Part shown: one piece after another, positions 1 to 16,957 of the stretch
Numbering within the stretch: position 1 is the first letter of the stretch
Layout: each line of letters begins with the position of its first letter
Source of the DNA: Lingula anatina
Lineage: Eukaryota > Animalia > Brachiopoda
NCBI GenBank assembly: GCA_051362555.1
Contig: CM120642.1
Location: 26,164,001 to 26,228,000 of the forward strand
Length of the DNA: 64,000 nucleotides
Direction of reading: 5' to 3'
Program-made: the position numbers and the translations under genes
The notes under the pieces: model-generated
Seen by the model: the letters and a program-made list of their open reading frames with translations, nothing else
What the model was told of the DNA's origin: nothing
Databases searched by the model: none

Positions 1-1062
1 TATATGACTTCCTATTCAACTTCAATAGTAACTATGGACCTATCTCTGCCAGTTTTGGAGATATAAGGGACTAAATGTTATAATTTTGGAGTTACCATAA
101 TGTGCCTTAAATTTCGTACAGAAAAAATTAATTAAAATAAAGAAAATGTTATTTTGGTCAAAATTCTTGAAAAAGGAGGTGCTCTGAAGTTTCTGAAGTT
201 TCAGAAGTTCAAATTTGATGAAATAAGGTCATTTTTGAACACAAGTTGTCTGCTTTGCCAAGCCTTATGTTTTATTTTTCCAGAGTTCAAAATTTATTAT
301 CCATTACCGTACTGCACATTTTGCTTTTACCACCAATATGTACTTTTTGATACAGCGTAACTCGAAAACCGTATGGAATACAAAAAAACCGAGACCACCT
401 CCAGTGTTGGGCTTTACATGCTCTACAAAATGCAAAAAAGAATGGGTCTCTAGCATTAACGGTTCCCGAATTAGAGACAGTTTTCAGTTTCGGTATCTTA
501 TGGCCGCTACTCCCGTGAAAATGCACCGATTGACCCCAAATTCATGGAGATGAAAGATGACCTGAAGGGTAACACTTTCCAGTAATATTATTGGTTAAGT
601 CTGTGTAGTGTCTGAATAACAGGGCAAAAAAATTTTTTTTCATAAAAAATTTCATTTTTTTGAAAATTTTGGCCCATTTGACCTTGAAGTAAAGGTCAAA
701 GGTCAAATCCAAGGGTATATTTGAAATCTACACATATGACTTTTGGAAAGCCGTCTATAGAAATTTTTCCCATAACTCCTTCCGTAGGGTAGATAATTAG
801 CATTTAATTTTGCCATTTTTAGACAAGGGTGCATTGTAATGAGTGCCACACCCAGACCCCAATACCGACAAAGCCCAAATTTTACGTGGAACGAGGTGAG
901 ATTATAGGTGACCTAAATCCATGAGATGGGTACGGGGGCCCTTACCGTCTAGGAGGAGAAGCGGTAACGGTAGCCGTCCGGCGGAGCCGGCGGAGCCGGC
1001 GGAACGATCCGGACGGGACCGAAACCATGTGTACCGCCAGCGCTAACGCTGGTGGTACAATT
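1..1062 (+). mobile_element. 3' part of a non-autonomous Helentron/HINE (DINE-1/pearl-like) element inside a CHM intron
   Basis: TGACCTTGA/AAGGTCAA core motifs (~680-710), then a GC-rich CGGA/GCCG microsatellite (~973-1020) and a terminal hairpin TGTACCGCCAGCG-ctaa-CGCTGGTGGTACA (1030-1059). This order matches the HINE 3' layout. The 5' end lies outside the window. Confidence 0.6.
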
Positions 1063-1240
1063 ACATGTCCATAAGTTATACTAAGAGTTAACAATAAGTC
1101 CATAAATCATACGTTCTTCCTTCTAGATACATGTTTGTAATTTTTTTTTTAAGTCTAGAAACAAAGTATAATAAAATTGTGCAAAATTAATGTTTGCAAT
1201 AAATGGGCAAATTGCATTAAGATATTGTATATAAACTCAC

Positions 1241-4200
1241 TTGCACTTAATTCTTAGACCCTCTGTGTCTATAATGCCCACACATCTGAAAATAATATAA
1301 TTTTCATCATTATTCTTTGTTTCTACTGTAAAAGCACAAACACACACAAAGCACATCTTGATAATGGATTCACATATATATATAAAGATAAAAACGCCTT
1401 CCACTGTATTTAAGTCTCTGTCATAGACATTTTTATATAAATAATTTTCATACTTATTGTCCTGGCTCATGATTAAAGCTCTGGCAGTTCTTCTCAAGAT
1501 ATAGGTTCCACCAAACACTGCACACATCCTGAAAAAATCAACATAAAAATTTACTTTTCATTTGGGACTGGCTGGACAAGAGAAGGAAAAAATATCTAAA
1601 AAAAAAAAAAAAACAAATGACGTTAGAACAAAAGAGGGGAATGAATTTCATCAATTTCGGCTTCAATTAAATAAATGTGTTGAAATATCTAATTTTTTGC
1701 AGTTAATTACATAGCTACTCAAATAACTTGTCTGTGCCCAATAACCATCCATTTACACAATTTAAAGACATTGCCATGCAATATTACAAGTGGAAATTAT
1801 CTGCACACTTTCTAAAATTTTTGATATTGAAACACCAGTGTGGGCTCCAAATATTAGTACTGGTTTTAACTTGCCTGCAGAAACACTGTGGAAGCTCTCC
1901 GCTGCCATACAGAGGCCAAAGAAAGGGAGTATTGCCATACCGTCCAATGGACTGAAGGAAGCGTTTTGTTCTTCTTAAACCCTAAGAAGAATCGTAAATA
2001 TATAGGACACAGCAATATCATTTCATTAACTGTCAAAGACTTTAAAAATATGTTGTATTGTTACAAGATGATAAACAATTTACCTTAAAAATCAAACTAT
2101 TTAGCAATGTCTATTTAAGTGGATCATTATCTATAGAACTTGTTGATCCCTTTTAAACTGAAGACAACTGTAGAACCCTATTGACCTTTTGACCTTTTGA
2201 ACAACTAGACTTGTATTCTAGGAACAACATTTTTATGCAATGTATCCAATCACCAAAACCTGAAACTTAGCAGATTATATAGCTGTATAAAGATTAAATT
2301 CACTGATAACTGATGACAGCTATTTAAATGTCCCACCTCTATGGTGTTTGTTTTGTCAGTGGACATTGCAATCGCCTGACAAATGTAGTGCTGAACTGTG
2401 GCTGACAGCTTTTTGGATTTTAAAAACTCTGTGTATGGTTTTTCCTGATACTCTGAAACAAAAAAGTCTTTAAATTATATCATGTTTTAGAGTATAAAGA
2501 TCTTCCTAGCTAAATATTATATTTCTATCATCATTATTACTGTCTTTGTTTTTATTATTGTCATTATCATCATCATTTTCATTATTATTGCCAATATTAC
2601 AACTATCATTTATATTACAGCAATTATTACCTGCAATTGTAATTTTTTGGGATACAGTTGACATATTTAATTTTAATAACAATCAATTAATCTCCAAAAC
2701 TGATCAACCCTTTACCTTGATAGTCCCCCGCATGCTTTTCATATTCCATACAGAAGGTAAGGAATTTCATAAGCATTCTTTTTTCCACCATGGTCACTGC
2801 TTTGCTGCCAAAAACATCAGCTCTGGAGCAAGGAACCTGCAAGTAGGGCAATCAGCTGCATTAAGTAATAAAGGAAACAGTTGACCAAACAGTTGATTGG
2901 TCTCAAGTTTACGTAATTTTAATAAAAAAAGTTCAATATTTATTTTTTCCAAGATTTCTAACTTTGCATATTTTTCTTAATAACATCTGTCATGAAAACA
3001 TAGGAAATACTTAATTCTTTATCGTTAAAAGGAGGAGAGGGCAAAATTTACCAGTTTGTATGAGTTAGGACTTATTATCTTATTAACATTGTACTATTCA
3101 TGACACTGCAGATGCAAGAAGTTGTAAAAATTTTATTAAAAATAAAAACGTCACATCTTTTCAATCAAGTTTCTTACAAAAATAAAATAAAAAATAAAAA
3201 TTATAACCATGAATAATACCTGCTCGACTTTCCCATTAAGATGGGTTAGAATCCTAGTCACAGTCTTAAATTCACAGTATTTTGCTATGTCAGATGATAT
3301 CAGCAGCTCAACAAGTGATCCTCTAGAATAAAGCATCTGAAAAACAAAATGAATATTACAACCTTGACTGCAATTTTATGGAGAATACTGAATCAAATGT
3401 TAGAAAGCAAAGATCAACTCTAATTTCATAAAGCTCATAACTCACTAATTGTGCTTATTGTGAGACAGCTTACACTGCATATAATGAACAACCACAAACC
3501 TTTGGAGCCAAGTCTAAATTAAATCTTCTCCATTCCTTGTTCAGCTCTGATAATGTCCACTCTCTGACTTTGTCCGGTTTTTTAGGTTCTTTCTCGGCCA
3601 CCTTGACCCCAGCACCTTGAGCCTTATGATCACTCTCCTGCACAACAAATTCTACATTGTCATAATTTGGTTCAGTTTTGTCTGATTTTGGTTGTTCTTC
3701 CACTTTCCCTGTAGATTCGGCAACATCTAGTTGTCCTACAGAATTTTCTTCATTTTTTTCTTGTCCTATTTTTGCATTTTCACTTTGTTCTTCACTCTCT
3801 GTCAAAGGTTGATATTTACCTTGACTTTGAGTGGAATGATCACCTTGAGAAACTGTTTCTGACACCACTGATTCCTCAAATCTCTTGTCACTGTCCTGTA
3901 GCAAATTGTTGACATTCTGACCATCTATTTCTGATGATTCAGTGGTTTCCTGGGAAGTAATATTTGGTGCGGCCTCTGATGCCAAAGAAAGTTTACTTGT
4001 CTTATCTTCTACTTCAACAATGTCTGCAGGAGCCTCCCTATTGGTTATAAATATAAGAAAATAATAATGTAATTACCCATACTTTATGTTTCTTAAATTA
4101 CATCCAATTTGTCATAAGTACAAAATATGTACATATATATTCTGGACAAAATAAATAACAGGTACAAGGCTCAAAAAAAATTTTTTTTTAATTTTCGAAG

Positions 4201-7200
4201 TCAATAATACACGAAGAATGTATTAAATAATGTTATATTTTTTAAATACTTGGAGCAAAAGTCATTATCTCAATACATAAAGGGATACAAAGACCAGATG
4301 TTTGTCTTTTTTTTTTTGCTGATGTCCTAGCATCATTCTAAAACAAAACCCAATATCAATTATTTTCAACATCAAAATGTTTTTTTTTTCATGTGAAGAT
4401 AATTGTAAAAAAATACAATTCAATACAGGCAGACTTACTTCATGAAAACTTTTTCAACTACATTAGAAGTACCCGTCCCATGCTGAGGTAATGGAATTAA
4501 TACTTCTCCATCTTCCAGCAATTCTTGATATGGTTCACTTGAGAATGGGGACTCTTTTTCCAATGCCCTTGTCTTCAATAACAAAAATTGTTTTATAAGA
4601 CCCATTCCATTATACTGAACATTATTCATGATTTTGATATCACGTGTGTGTGTGCACGTGCGTGCGCGCATGTGTGTGTGTGTGTGGTAAATAAAATGTA
4701 TTCAATTTTCATTACAGATGACCACATAGAACATGCCAATAAAATAAAATAAACAAAAACCTTACTTCCATGTGCATCCTTTTAAGAAAAACATCTATGT
4801 GCTAAATGTTTTTTCTTTCCAAATCTTATTAACATATACTATTTAAGCACATATATATAATTCATCATCATATATAAAAAATAAAATACCTGTTCCTGTT
4901 TTATCCATCTTTGCATGCCATCAAAATTAAATACTGCCCACTCACTGCTATAGTAATCATTTCTAGAAGTAGATCAGTGCACATCAATTGTGAAAAGAGC
5001 ATTGAGGATTTTTGAGAGATAAAAAAACTTGGTCAAAAATGGAGCAAAGCCATGCAATGCTGTACTGCACAGAGAGTATACTTGTCATTTAAAGGACGGC
5101 TACACTAGTACAGTATATTGCTTTTTAAATTTAGTAAAGTTAATGTATATATTTGTATATACATACAATCATAATCAAAAAAATTAATACAAATGATATA
5201 ATTTTAAAAACCCTTACAGTGATTGCGAAAGCCGTCGGACCACGGCCATATGCCGGCAAAAATTCTGTGGGCTGGAAAACCCTTCAAACTCATCGGCCCA
5301 CATGTCCGACGTACTAAAGTCGGTTTCTTTAACAGACACCTCGCCTCATATTTGAATTTATCGTAAAGCTCCAAGTACGCACTAGGCGCAAGTAAAACTT
5401 ATACGCCATACTGCCGCGTTCAAATAGCAAACACTATTTTTTGTAATAAAGGTCTACGTACATTATGATGTCACTCGAAGTGCGCATAGCGATGGTGTGA
5501 GGGCTGACATGTGACCCGTTTCACAAAAAGTGTATCGAAACTGAAACAACTACATGTCAATAAAAAACGTACTGCTCAAGACTCTGTTAACAGGCCGCTC
5601 AAACTGCTTACGACCGGCCACGCGCGGACCTCTGAGAACACCTAACTACACGTGCTGGGTAAACAAGTATGGCTTCCGTCGGACCGCATATCGATAAGTG
5701 AAAAGGGGAAATATTCATTTGCTTTTTAGATGGGTGCTCTTAACTAATTTTAACGGATATTTTAAGTAATATTGCAGTTTTAGCGGCGCTATATGTCAAA
5801 ATGAGGGACAACATCATTTTCAATGTGGAAAATCCGCAATGGCACAGTCAGGATGTAAAACTGTCCATTATATTCATTTAAACGAACTAGCTTAGATATT
5901 GAATAAAAATTCTTTTCAGACTCTGGGCCGTAGCCAGGGATGGTTCGGGGGGTTCGAAAGAACCGCCTCTAATGCTGACAAAAAGGTCCACTCTTGGTAA
6001 AATTTGATCTAGGTACATGACGTTTTTATGGAAAAAGACCCCCCCCCCCCCTTTTAAAATGGCTGGCTACGGGACTGCTATGAGAGCAATGGCTTTATTT
6101 TACAATAAAAATGGGAATTGTCTACCTTTTCCATGTAGTGCAATTATTTGGCATAGTGCAATTATTAATTCTGAAGATTTTTCCATTAAGTACAATTTTT
6201 CGGACAGTATATTTATTTTGGAAGATTTTTCCACACACGACAACTTCAGAGTAGTAGCATCAAGCCTTTTTCATTGTTTTTTTAATAATATAAAAAATAT
6301 TGAAATATAATGAATTTTCTTTAAATAATTCAAGGCATACATTTAAAAAAAATGGCCCACTTTTTTGACCAAGTGGGCCAAAATGGCCCGACCAGATTTT
6401 GACCCAGGATAATCCCTAACAGACAAGCATTTTTCCAAGAGTGGAAATCTAAAAAAAGTTAGAAAAGTTGGAAGCTCCACTTCACTATGACTTATATTTT
6501 AATTTTAGTCAAAAATTGGAATAAAATTCACAAAGGATACATGATCTTGTGTTAAAAGATTAAAAATTAAGATAAGCAACCCAGATGTAAAAAGGATAAA
6601 ACTTAAATGCCAGAAAGCAACCAAAATGAAAGACGTTTAAACTTAAACCTTTAAATATCCTATTACATCTGGCCTAAAAATTAAAAAGCAGCAATTTAAA
6701 ATGCCAGACAATAATATTAATCAAAAATGATGTGAAAATATACAGCTTGATTATTTTATTGTGGGCCGGTAAAAAAAGGTGTGGGCTGACAAAAATTTAA
6801 TTTGCTCCAGCCCACATGTCTGGTAAGTTTTCAATCTCTTTCGCAATCACTGCCCTTACTTGTCCAAGTGCAGAACTCTGAAGCCAATTCTTGCAAGGGC
6901 TGCTGCTATAACACATTCTGTCAGTCCTTTAAAATGAAATTATTCTAAGATATAATTATTTGTATCATTACAAAAAATTCATCTTATCGTTACCACTGTG
7001 GAAACAGTGGATTAATAACAAGATACATGCCCAGCAAAGCTATGCATAAATATTCTAGAATGCACACATATTAGAGTAGATCAAACGGAATACAATGTGT
7101 CACATCACTGCAATGCATATCACTCAATACTTATGTCACAAGGCAATGATGTGCTTTATGTAATGCTGCCAAGCCTGGGCATTATGAAGTCTTGACCACT

Positions 7201-7639
7201 TATTAAAAACGTTATACCTTCCATAGATTCCATTAGTATTATTATTTTTCATTTTTATTTTACTTTTTATTTATTTAACTAGGTAAATAAATGCAAGGAC
7301 ATCACAAAAACATAAAGGTATTATTTTTCAAATTTTGCCTTTATACATTTTGTAAAAATATTGCCATATACATCATCAGTCATTAAGCCCAAACGTATGA
7401 CTCATTGAATAATAATGATTGAAGTAACCCACTTTTACACAGAAACAGGAGAGTGACCTCAGACGACAGCTGAGAATTCCGTGAAATGAGAGTTCGCTTT
7501 AAGTGTGATTTATTCCACAAAAAATTTGCTTGAATCGTTTTTTTTCTGAATACGCAAGTGGTATTTTAGAAGTGACAATGAACAAACCTGTGCCCAAAAC
7601 AATCGCATCGTACTCCCGGGGTAAATCGTCGTCAGCCAT
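1241..7639 (-). CDS. CHM: Rab escort protein (Rab geranylgeranyltransferase component A, GDI/REP family); 3' part continues beyond the window's left edge
   Basis: Exons 7588-7639, 6860-6926, 4890-4962, 4439-4572, 3500-4037, 3220-3336, 2716-2836, 2337-2452, 1875-1981, 1454-1528, 1241-1285 splice in frame. Motifs: [51 protein letters not shown], a long acidic REP-type insert, [73 protein letters not shown]. Confidence 0.93.
5217..6852. mobile_element. Non-autonomous hAT-like DNA transposon (~1.64 kb) with a 6-bp TSD
   Basis: Perfect 14-bp TIRs CAGTGATTGCGAAA (5217-5230) / TTTCGCAATCACTG (6839-6852). CCCTTA is duplicated at 5211-5216 and 6853-6858. Related subterminal motifs (GTGGGCTG, GCCCACATGTC) occur at both ends. 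No transposase ORF. Confidence 0.85.
5923..6077. mobile_element. Small MITE nested in the hAT-like element
   Basis: Imperfect TIRs CTGGGCCGTAGCCAG / CTGGCTACGGGACTG with internal G-run and C-run; no clean TSD. Confidence 0.5.
7095..7200 (-). ncRNA. Candidate intronic H/ACA-like RNA in CHM intron 1
   Basis: Minus strand reads: small hairpin (TAATGC/GCATTA), ACATAA (H box ANANNA), an 11-bp stem CACATCATTGC/GCAGTGATGTG with internal pocket and CATA/TATG upper stem, then ACA 15 nt from the top of the pocket. The 5' hairpin is atypically short. Confidence 0.3.
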
Positions 7640-8210
7640 CTTGTAAGTAAAGCTATGAAGGACAGCATAATAAAGAGTTTCGTAGAAATATATAAAAAAT
7701 AAAAATGATGTTACTTCAGAGTTTTTCCTTAAAAATGTAATTTCGATCACAGTATTTTTATGCATATCATGATGCTTCATGATTCCCTTTTATTGGTTGT
7801 TATAAATTTAGTTGATTATTTATGCTAAACTTTTCTCACATTATCATATTGCGTCTGTTCGTGAGTTACTTCCGCCTTCTGCTTCTTGACCTGACGAACC
7901 TCATCGGGGTTAAACGCTTTCTTTTTGCCCGCGAGCATTCGGACATTATTTTTAAAAATCAGCCTAGTTTATCCCGGATGTGTACCTGAAAAAACTTTTT
8001 CTTTTACAATCAGGGTAATATGAGATGTGTTTTTATTTTATTATTCGTCTTTCAACAGGAATACATTAACAACCGATGTGAGTCATAATCACATCTAGAA
8101 AATTATTTTCGTTGTGTAGGGACCAAAAATACTTAAGGTTTAGAAGGCATGAGAGAAATCTTCAAACTCATACAGGAAATTTGTGCGAAGGAGAACTTTC
8201 TGTCGGTAAG
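7640..8210. promoter_or_regulatory. Probable bidirectional promoter for CHM (-) and SLC36 copy A (+), with a non-coding first exon of SLC36 A
   Basis: Locally CpG-richer segment just upstream of the CHM ATG. ETS/GABP-type ACTTCCG at ~7868. Plus-strand donor TCG|GTAAGT at ~8206 and an acceptor TTTCAG 8 nt before the SLC36 A ATG. Confidence 0.5.
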
Positions 8211-9275
8211 TCGCAGAGAGAAAGGGATATCTATGATTTAAGTAATGGGGAATTACATGTACACTTTAACTAATTTGCTTACTAATAGGCTTTACGAATA
8301 AATTGCAAATTGGGGATCGTTCTTTGTAAATTTTATGTGCAGGTATTGTTTAATGCAGGAGGCCACATTACCCAGGCAGTGCTTATGCATTATGCCCACC
8401 AAAATTTTTAAGTCATTGATTTCCAATATTCAGTTATGTGGCACTTGTTTTTACTCTGCTGTTTAAATGAACATAGCAATTTACTAAATGATTTTTTGTG
8501 TGTTTTTGTAAGAGGCTTCAAACCCATTCTAATATAACAAGAACTGAGGTCATTTCCAGGGAAAAACATTTAAAAAAAAGCCTAAGTTACTTTGATCAAA
8601 GTCACCACATAACTGAATTTAGGAAAAACGTTGAAAATCAAAGATTTACTGTACATGTACAAAAAAATGTATATGTTTGGGGCACATACTGCTAAAGTAT
8701 CTTTGTGTAACTTGAAAAGCACATGATCAATGAAAACATGCCTGTCTTAAATTGTACAAAGATTTGTACTTTACTGATAAGAAATGCTAGATATGCATCC
8801 AGAAATCTGAAGAATATTGTGCATATTACAAATTAAACATGTTCATTGCAATTAAGGTTATATATAGGACACTATCATGAGCTAAAATTGGTAATATACA
8901 GTGTATACACTGCACACATTTCATCATTTTAAGCCAGTATGTTACATACTCTTATCACTTAGTCTTATATAACTACAGTAACTGTACTACCACATTTTAT
9001 CACTGATATTACTACTACCAAGTTCCTGCCTGTGACTATCCACATGATAGATGAAATAAAATGTGGTTACTAGCATGTAATGTGCCTTGCACATTTATTC
9101 AAGAGCATAAGTAAGATCTGGGCTCCGTAACTCGAAAGCATCATGCATTGCGATCGAGCACAAGTATCTCGATTCCATAACTCGCCCATACTTGCCCCAT
9201 ATAATACATTGTAGCCTCTATGTGATATTTGCTATTCGCAATGCGTGGTGCTGCAGCATATATATGGTGATCAGT

Positions 9276-9381
9276 TACTCTCTGACCACAGGGTGTGCTT
9301 ATAGTCTGTTACCAAATTATTGTATTGCTAATAGTTTAATTTTGTATTCTTTTTTAGTACTTCCTGATATCAGAGGCTATA
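9276..9381. mobile_element. ~105-bp MITE with 9-bp TSD (Mutator-like), copy 1
   Basis: Ends TACTCTCTGA / TCAGAGGCTA; GTGATCAGT duplicated at 9267-9275 and 9382-9390; homologous to 19267-19369. Confidence 0.6.
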
Positions 9382-9475
9382 GTGATCAGTGATGTTCTAT
9401 ATAATTATATGCTGCATCACTGGGTAACAAACAAATTTGTGAGAAAAGTCATTGGGTTTATTTGTTTGTTTATTT

Positions 9476-9482
<7 letters not shown>

Positions 9483-9540
<58 letters not shown>
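9483..9540. repeat. (TG)n microsatellite
   Basis: Perfect TG run of about 29 units. Confidence 0.95.
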
Positions 9541-9541
<1 letters not shown>

Positions 9542-11438
9542 ATATAATATGTTTGTTTTCATATTTATAAATATAAATTTCTAATTTTTTGCTTTATAGC
9601 ACTCTGAAAATGAATAATTTTTTTTATATGACTTATAAAATGTCTGAAAGAATTTTTTTAAATAAGGAGGGTACAGTTGAACACATACATTTTTATTGAC
9701 TGTGAGATGGAATTCTTAACAAATTGAGAAGGAATAGTTTGCCTTGTTTAACTGCAGCCTATAAAACTGATATGAAAAAATATCTTTTTCAAGTACCAAG
9801 ATTAAGGTTGGTTGTCCAACATTGTTGCCACTTAACCTACAAAACAACCCCCAAAACTGCAGTTTATTAGATTATGAATGCACACAAGGTATGCATACTA
9901 TCTGCCGTAATTGAAATTTTGAATTATCAAGAAGTATCATCATGGTAAGATTTCCAAGGCTTTAATTAAGGATTTTGTTTATATGAACTTAAAAAAGAAG
10001 AGTCTCAACAACTGAACAAAACTGGACAGAATGAGAAGCAAAATAAATAGATAAATGTTGAATATAGACTGTAGTATTTAATCTAAGGCCCATGTATAGG
10101 TAAGGGTTTGAATAGTTCAAAAGAACCACCCATTTGGCCAGAGAAGGTACAAAATTTGATGATCTGAATTCTCTGTCATTTATCAGGTTGGATCAGCTAA
10201 AGAAGGAAACAGTTAACTTTGCCCGACCCCCCCCCCATTGATATCTTAATTTGGTTCTCATTCTGTCCAATTTTGTTCATTTGTTGACACAATATTTTAA
10301 CTCCTGAATGGCTTTGCTGATTTTTTGTGAATAATGACAAATGGCTCACATGGTTGAGTTGTCCTGTCACATTTTTTCTGCTTGAACTATCTTATTATTT
10401 AAAAAACACTTTGATGATGATCACATGTTTTACACAAAGGCCATCAAAAGGGGAAAGTGGCATTGCAGTTCATGGGCATAATAGGAACTTCAGGCCATAC
10501 AAGAAACAAGTATATTAATAATGGCGTCTTTTTTTTTTTTCAAAGCTCCTTGTATAGTGGGGTCATCTTTGAATAACAGTACGTAGAACAGGCATGTTTA
10601 CCCGCTGGCTTGACTGGGTCTTAATAACTGGTGTACAGGAAATATGATTCTCAAGTCAACACTATTTGTAAAGATTTTGTGATAAAGCTTATGTGAACAA
10701 GTATTATTTTTTTGCCATTGAATGTAACAATAAATCAAAATTTTATTTTTGTTTAATTTCATTTTTCTTCTTCTTTTTGCTTCTTGTTTTCTTTTTCTTC
10801 TTCTGAATAATATTTTTATTATTGAAAAAGAAAAGAAAAGAAAAAAAAGAGATCAATTCAGCAAGTGCATTTGATAGATTAATGATTAACCAAGTGAATA
10901 GAAGCAATTGCTTTTAAAATCATTTGTTTTAGTTGACAAGATAATATATTTCCATGCTGTATACATCAGCTGGGGGCAAATCTCATCAATTAGACATAAA
11001 AAAATATAAAGCTGAACATTTGCCAAACTGTTGTCATGGGATCCAGGCAAGAGGCTAATGTTTGGAAATGGCTTCTGATTAAAAGTTTCTAAAAAGATTT
11101 GTAAATATGGTAACTTGTATTTGACTATTGAAGTTAATTTTTTTAATGCACATAATTTTGGGTCCTAGTATTGATATACTGGATAGAGTTTTGAAGGTTA
11201 CATTTTGTTGTTTTTTCAGATGGAATACTAAATATTAAACCCTTTTTCTTTCATTTTGAAGTGCAATGAGGGTTTAACTTTATGTGTTGATGTTAGAATT
11301 GGAGTCTATCTTTCACACAGTGTATTTTTTTTAAAGTGTGCTGAATTTATATTTTTAATCAGAAATGTAAAGAATACACAAAATTTTAATTGGACAAGTG
11401 CAATGAATGTTCAAACTTTTATAGTTTCAGCCTAAAAC

Positions 11439-15815
<4,377 letters not shown>

Positions 15816-16044
15816 AATGAGGTTTCAAAGATCTCTTTTGGTGCCATCTTTTCTTTTTTGAGCCATCCAATAAATCCCTTTTACTATTTTTTCTGATTGT
15901 TTTAAATTCCTGCAATCGAGTCCAGGTGTTTATGAAGTTCTGTACATTTAATTTAATGGTATACCTACTGCTGTGTCGTAGTATTTGTTAGATATAATAC
16001 AAAAGACGTTTTAAGCAAATGAGGATGTTGGTAGTTACTTTAGT

Positions 16045-16212
16045 CAGGGGCAGATTAAGGCCGTCTTCTGGGTCTTCCGGAAGACGATCAGATTTTCAAG
16101 TTTACATTGTAGGGCATCTAATATTTTCTGTCGGAAGACGGTCAAAAATGAAGGATGGATCAACAAAGATAATTTGGAAGACTGTCAGAAAGTATCTCTG
16201 GATCCACCCCTG
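16045..16212. mobile_element. Short CAGGGG...CCCCTG MITE
   Basis: Ends CAGGGGCAGAT / ATCCACCCCTG and internal repeated TCGGAAGACG-like motifs; TSD not clear. Confidence 0.45.
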
Positions 16213-16749
16213 ATAGTTGTTAAATTCCATGTAAAGGGACCATTGAGTTCACAAAAAAATGGACGAAGTTCATAGAACGATGATAGAGAATAACGTATTT
16301 TAGCAATGTTGTAACAAATTTATTATAGTATTGACTGAGTTTGGAGAGGAAAGCATGCTAAAGGGGGATCGATACGCTATGATTTATTTCCTTTTTCCCT
16401 AAGATAATGTAGGTATTAGCATTGTCATGTCATGAGATAACACTGTCACATTATTAAAACATTAGGATGAAGTAGCTATTTCCAACTCATGAAGAAACGG
16501 TAGGGTTTTTGGGGTGAAAACAGTAATATCGATTTCAAACATCTACCTCACTGTCCTCACCTGAGCAGCTGTTAACATTTAATAACAACAATAAGTATTA
16601 CAATCCAGTGCCAGAAAATTTGTTTGAAAACCTTGCTTCTGATTTTATCAGTAAAAAGGGGGAATAATGATAGCAGGTTCATATCTCCTAAACAAAAGGA
16701 TGCCAAACAACAAGCTGGCACAGGATTGTAGTTCTCACCCATTTCGTCA

Positions 16750-16957
16750 CTTCATCTCATTGGTTGGTGCTTTGAGTAGCAGTGCTTTGGCCTTGATATT
16801 TCCTCCAATCATGCACACTCTTACATTCTGGCCTGACAGACTGGGTGTGTGTAAATGGCATTTATTCAAGAACATTTTGATTTGTGCCCTGGGAATTTTG
16901 GGATTTGCAACAGGAACTTATGTGTCACTCTCACAGATTATCTACTGTTTTCAAAAT
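16750..16957 (+). pseudogene. Orphan duplicate of most of the SLC36 copy A last exon
   Basis: About 208 bp nearly identical to 15578-15785 (3 substitutions seen). Lacks the splice acceptor and the C-terminal NPSAPVCEGT. Confidence 0.9.

Noticed and set aside
6532-6540. Perfect U12-type donor motif GTATCCTTT on the minus strand
   Set aside because: It lies inside the transposon, not at an exon boundary, and CHM splices correctly without it.
5217-6852. Autonomous transposon
   Set aside because: No transposase-like ORF; the only ORF (6017-6310) has no recognisable motifs.
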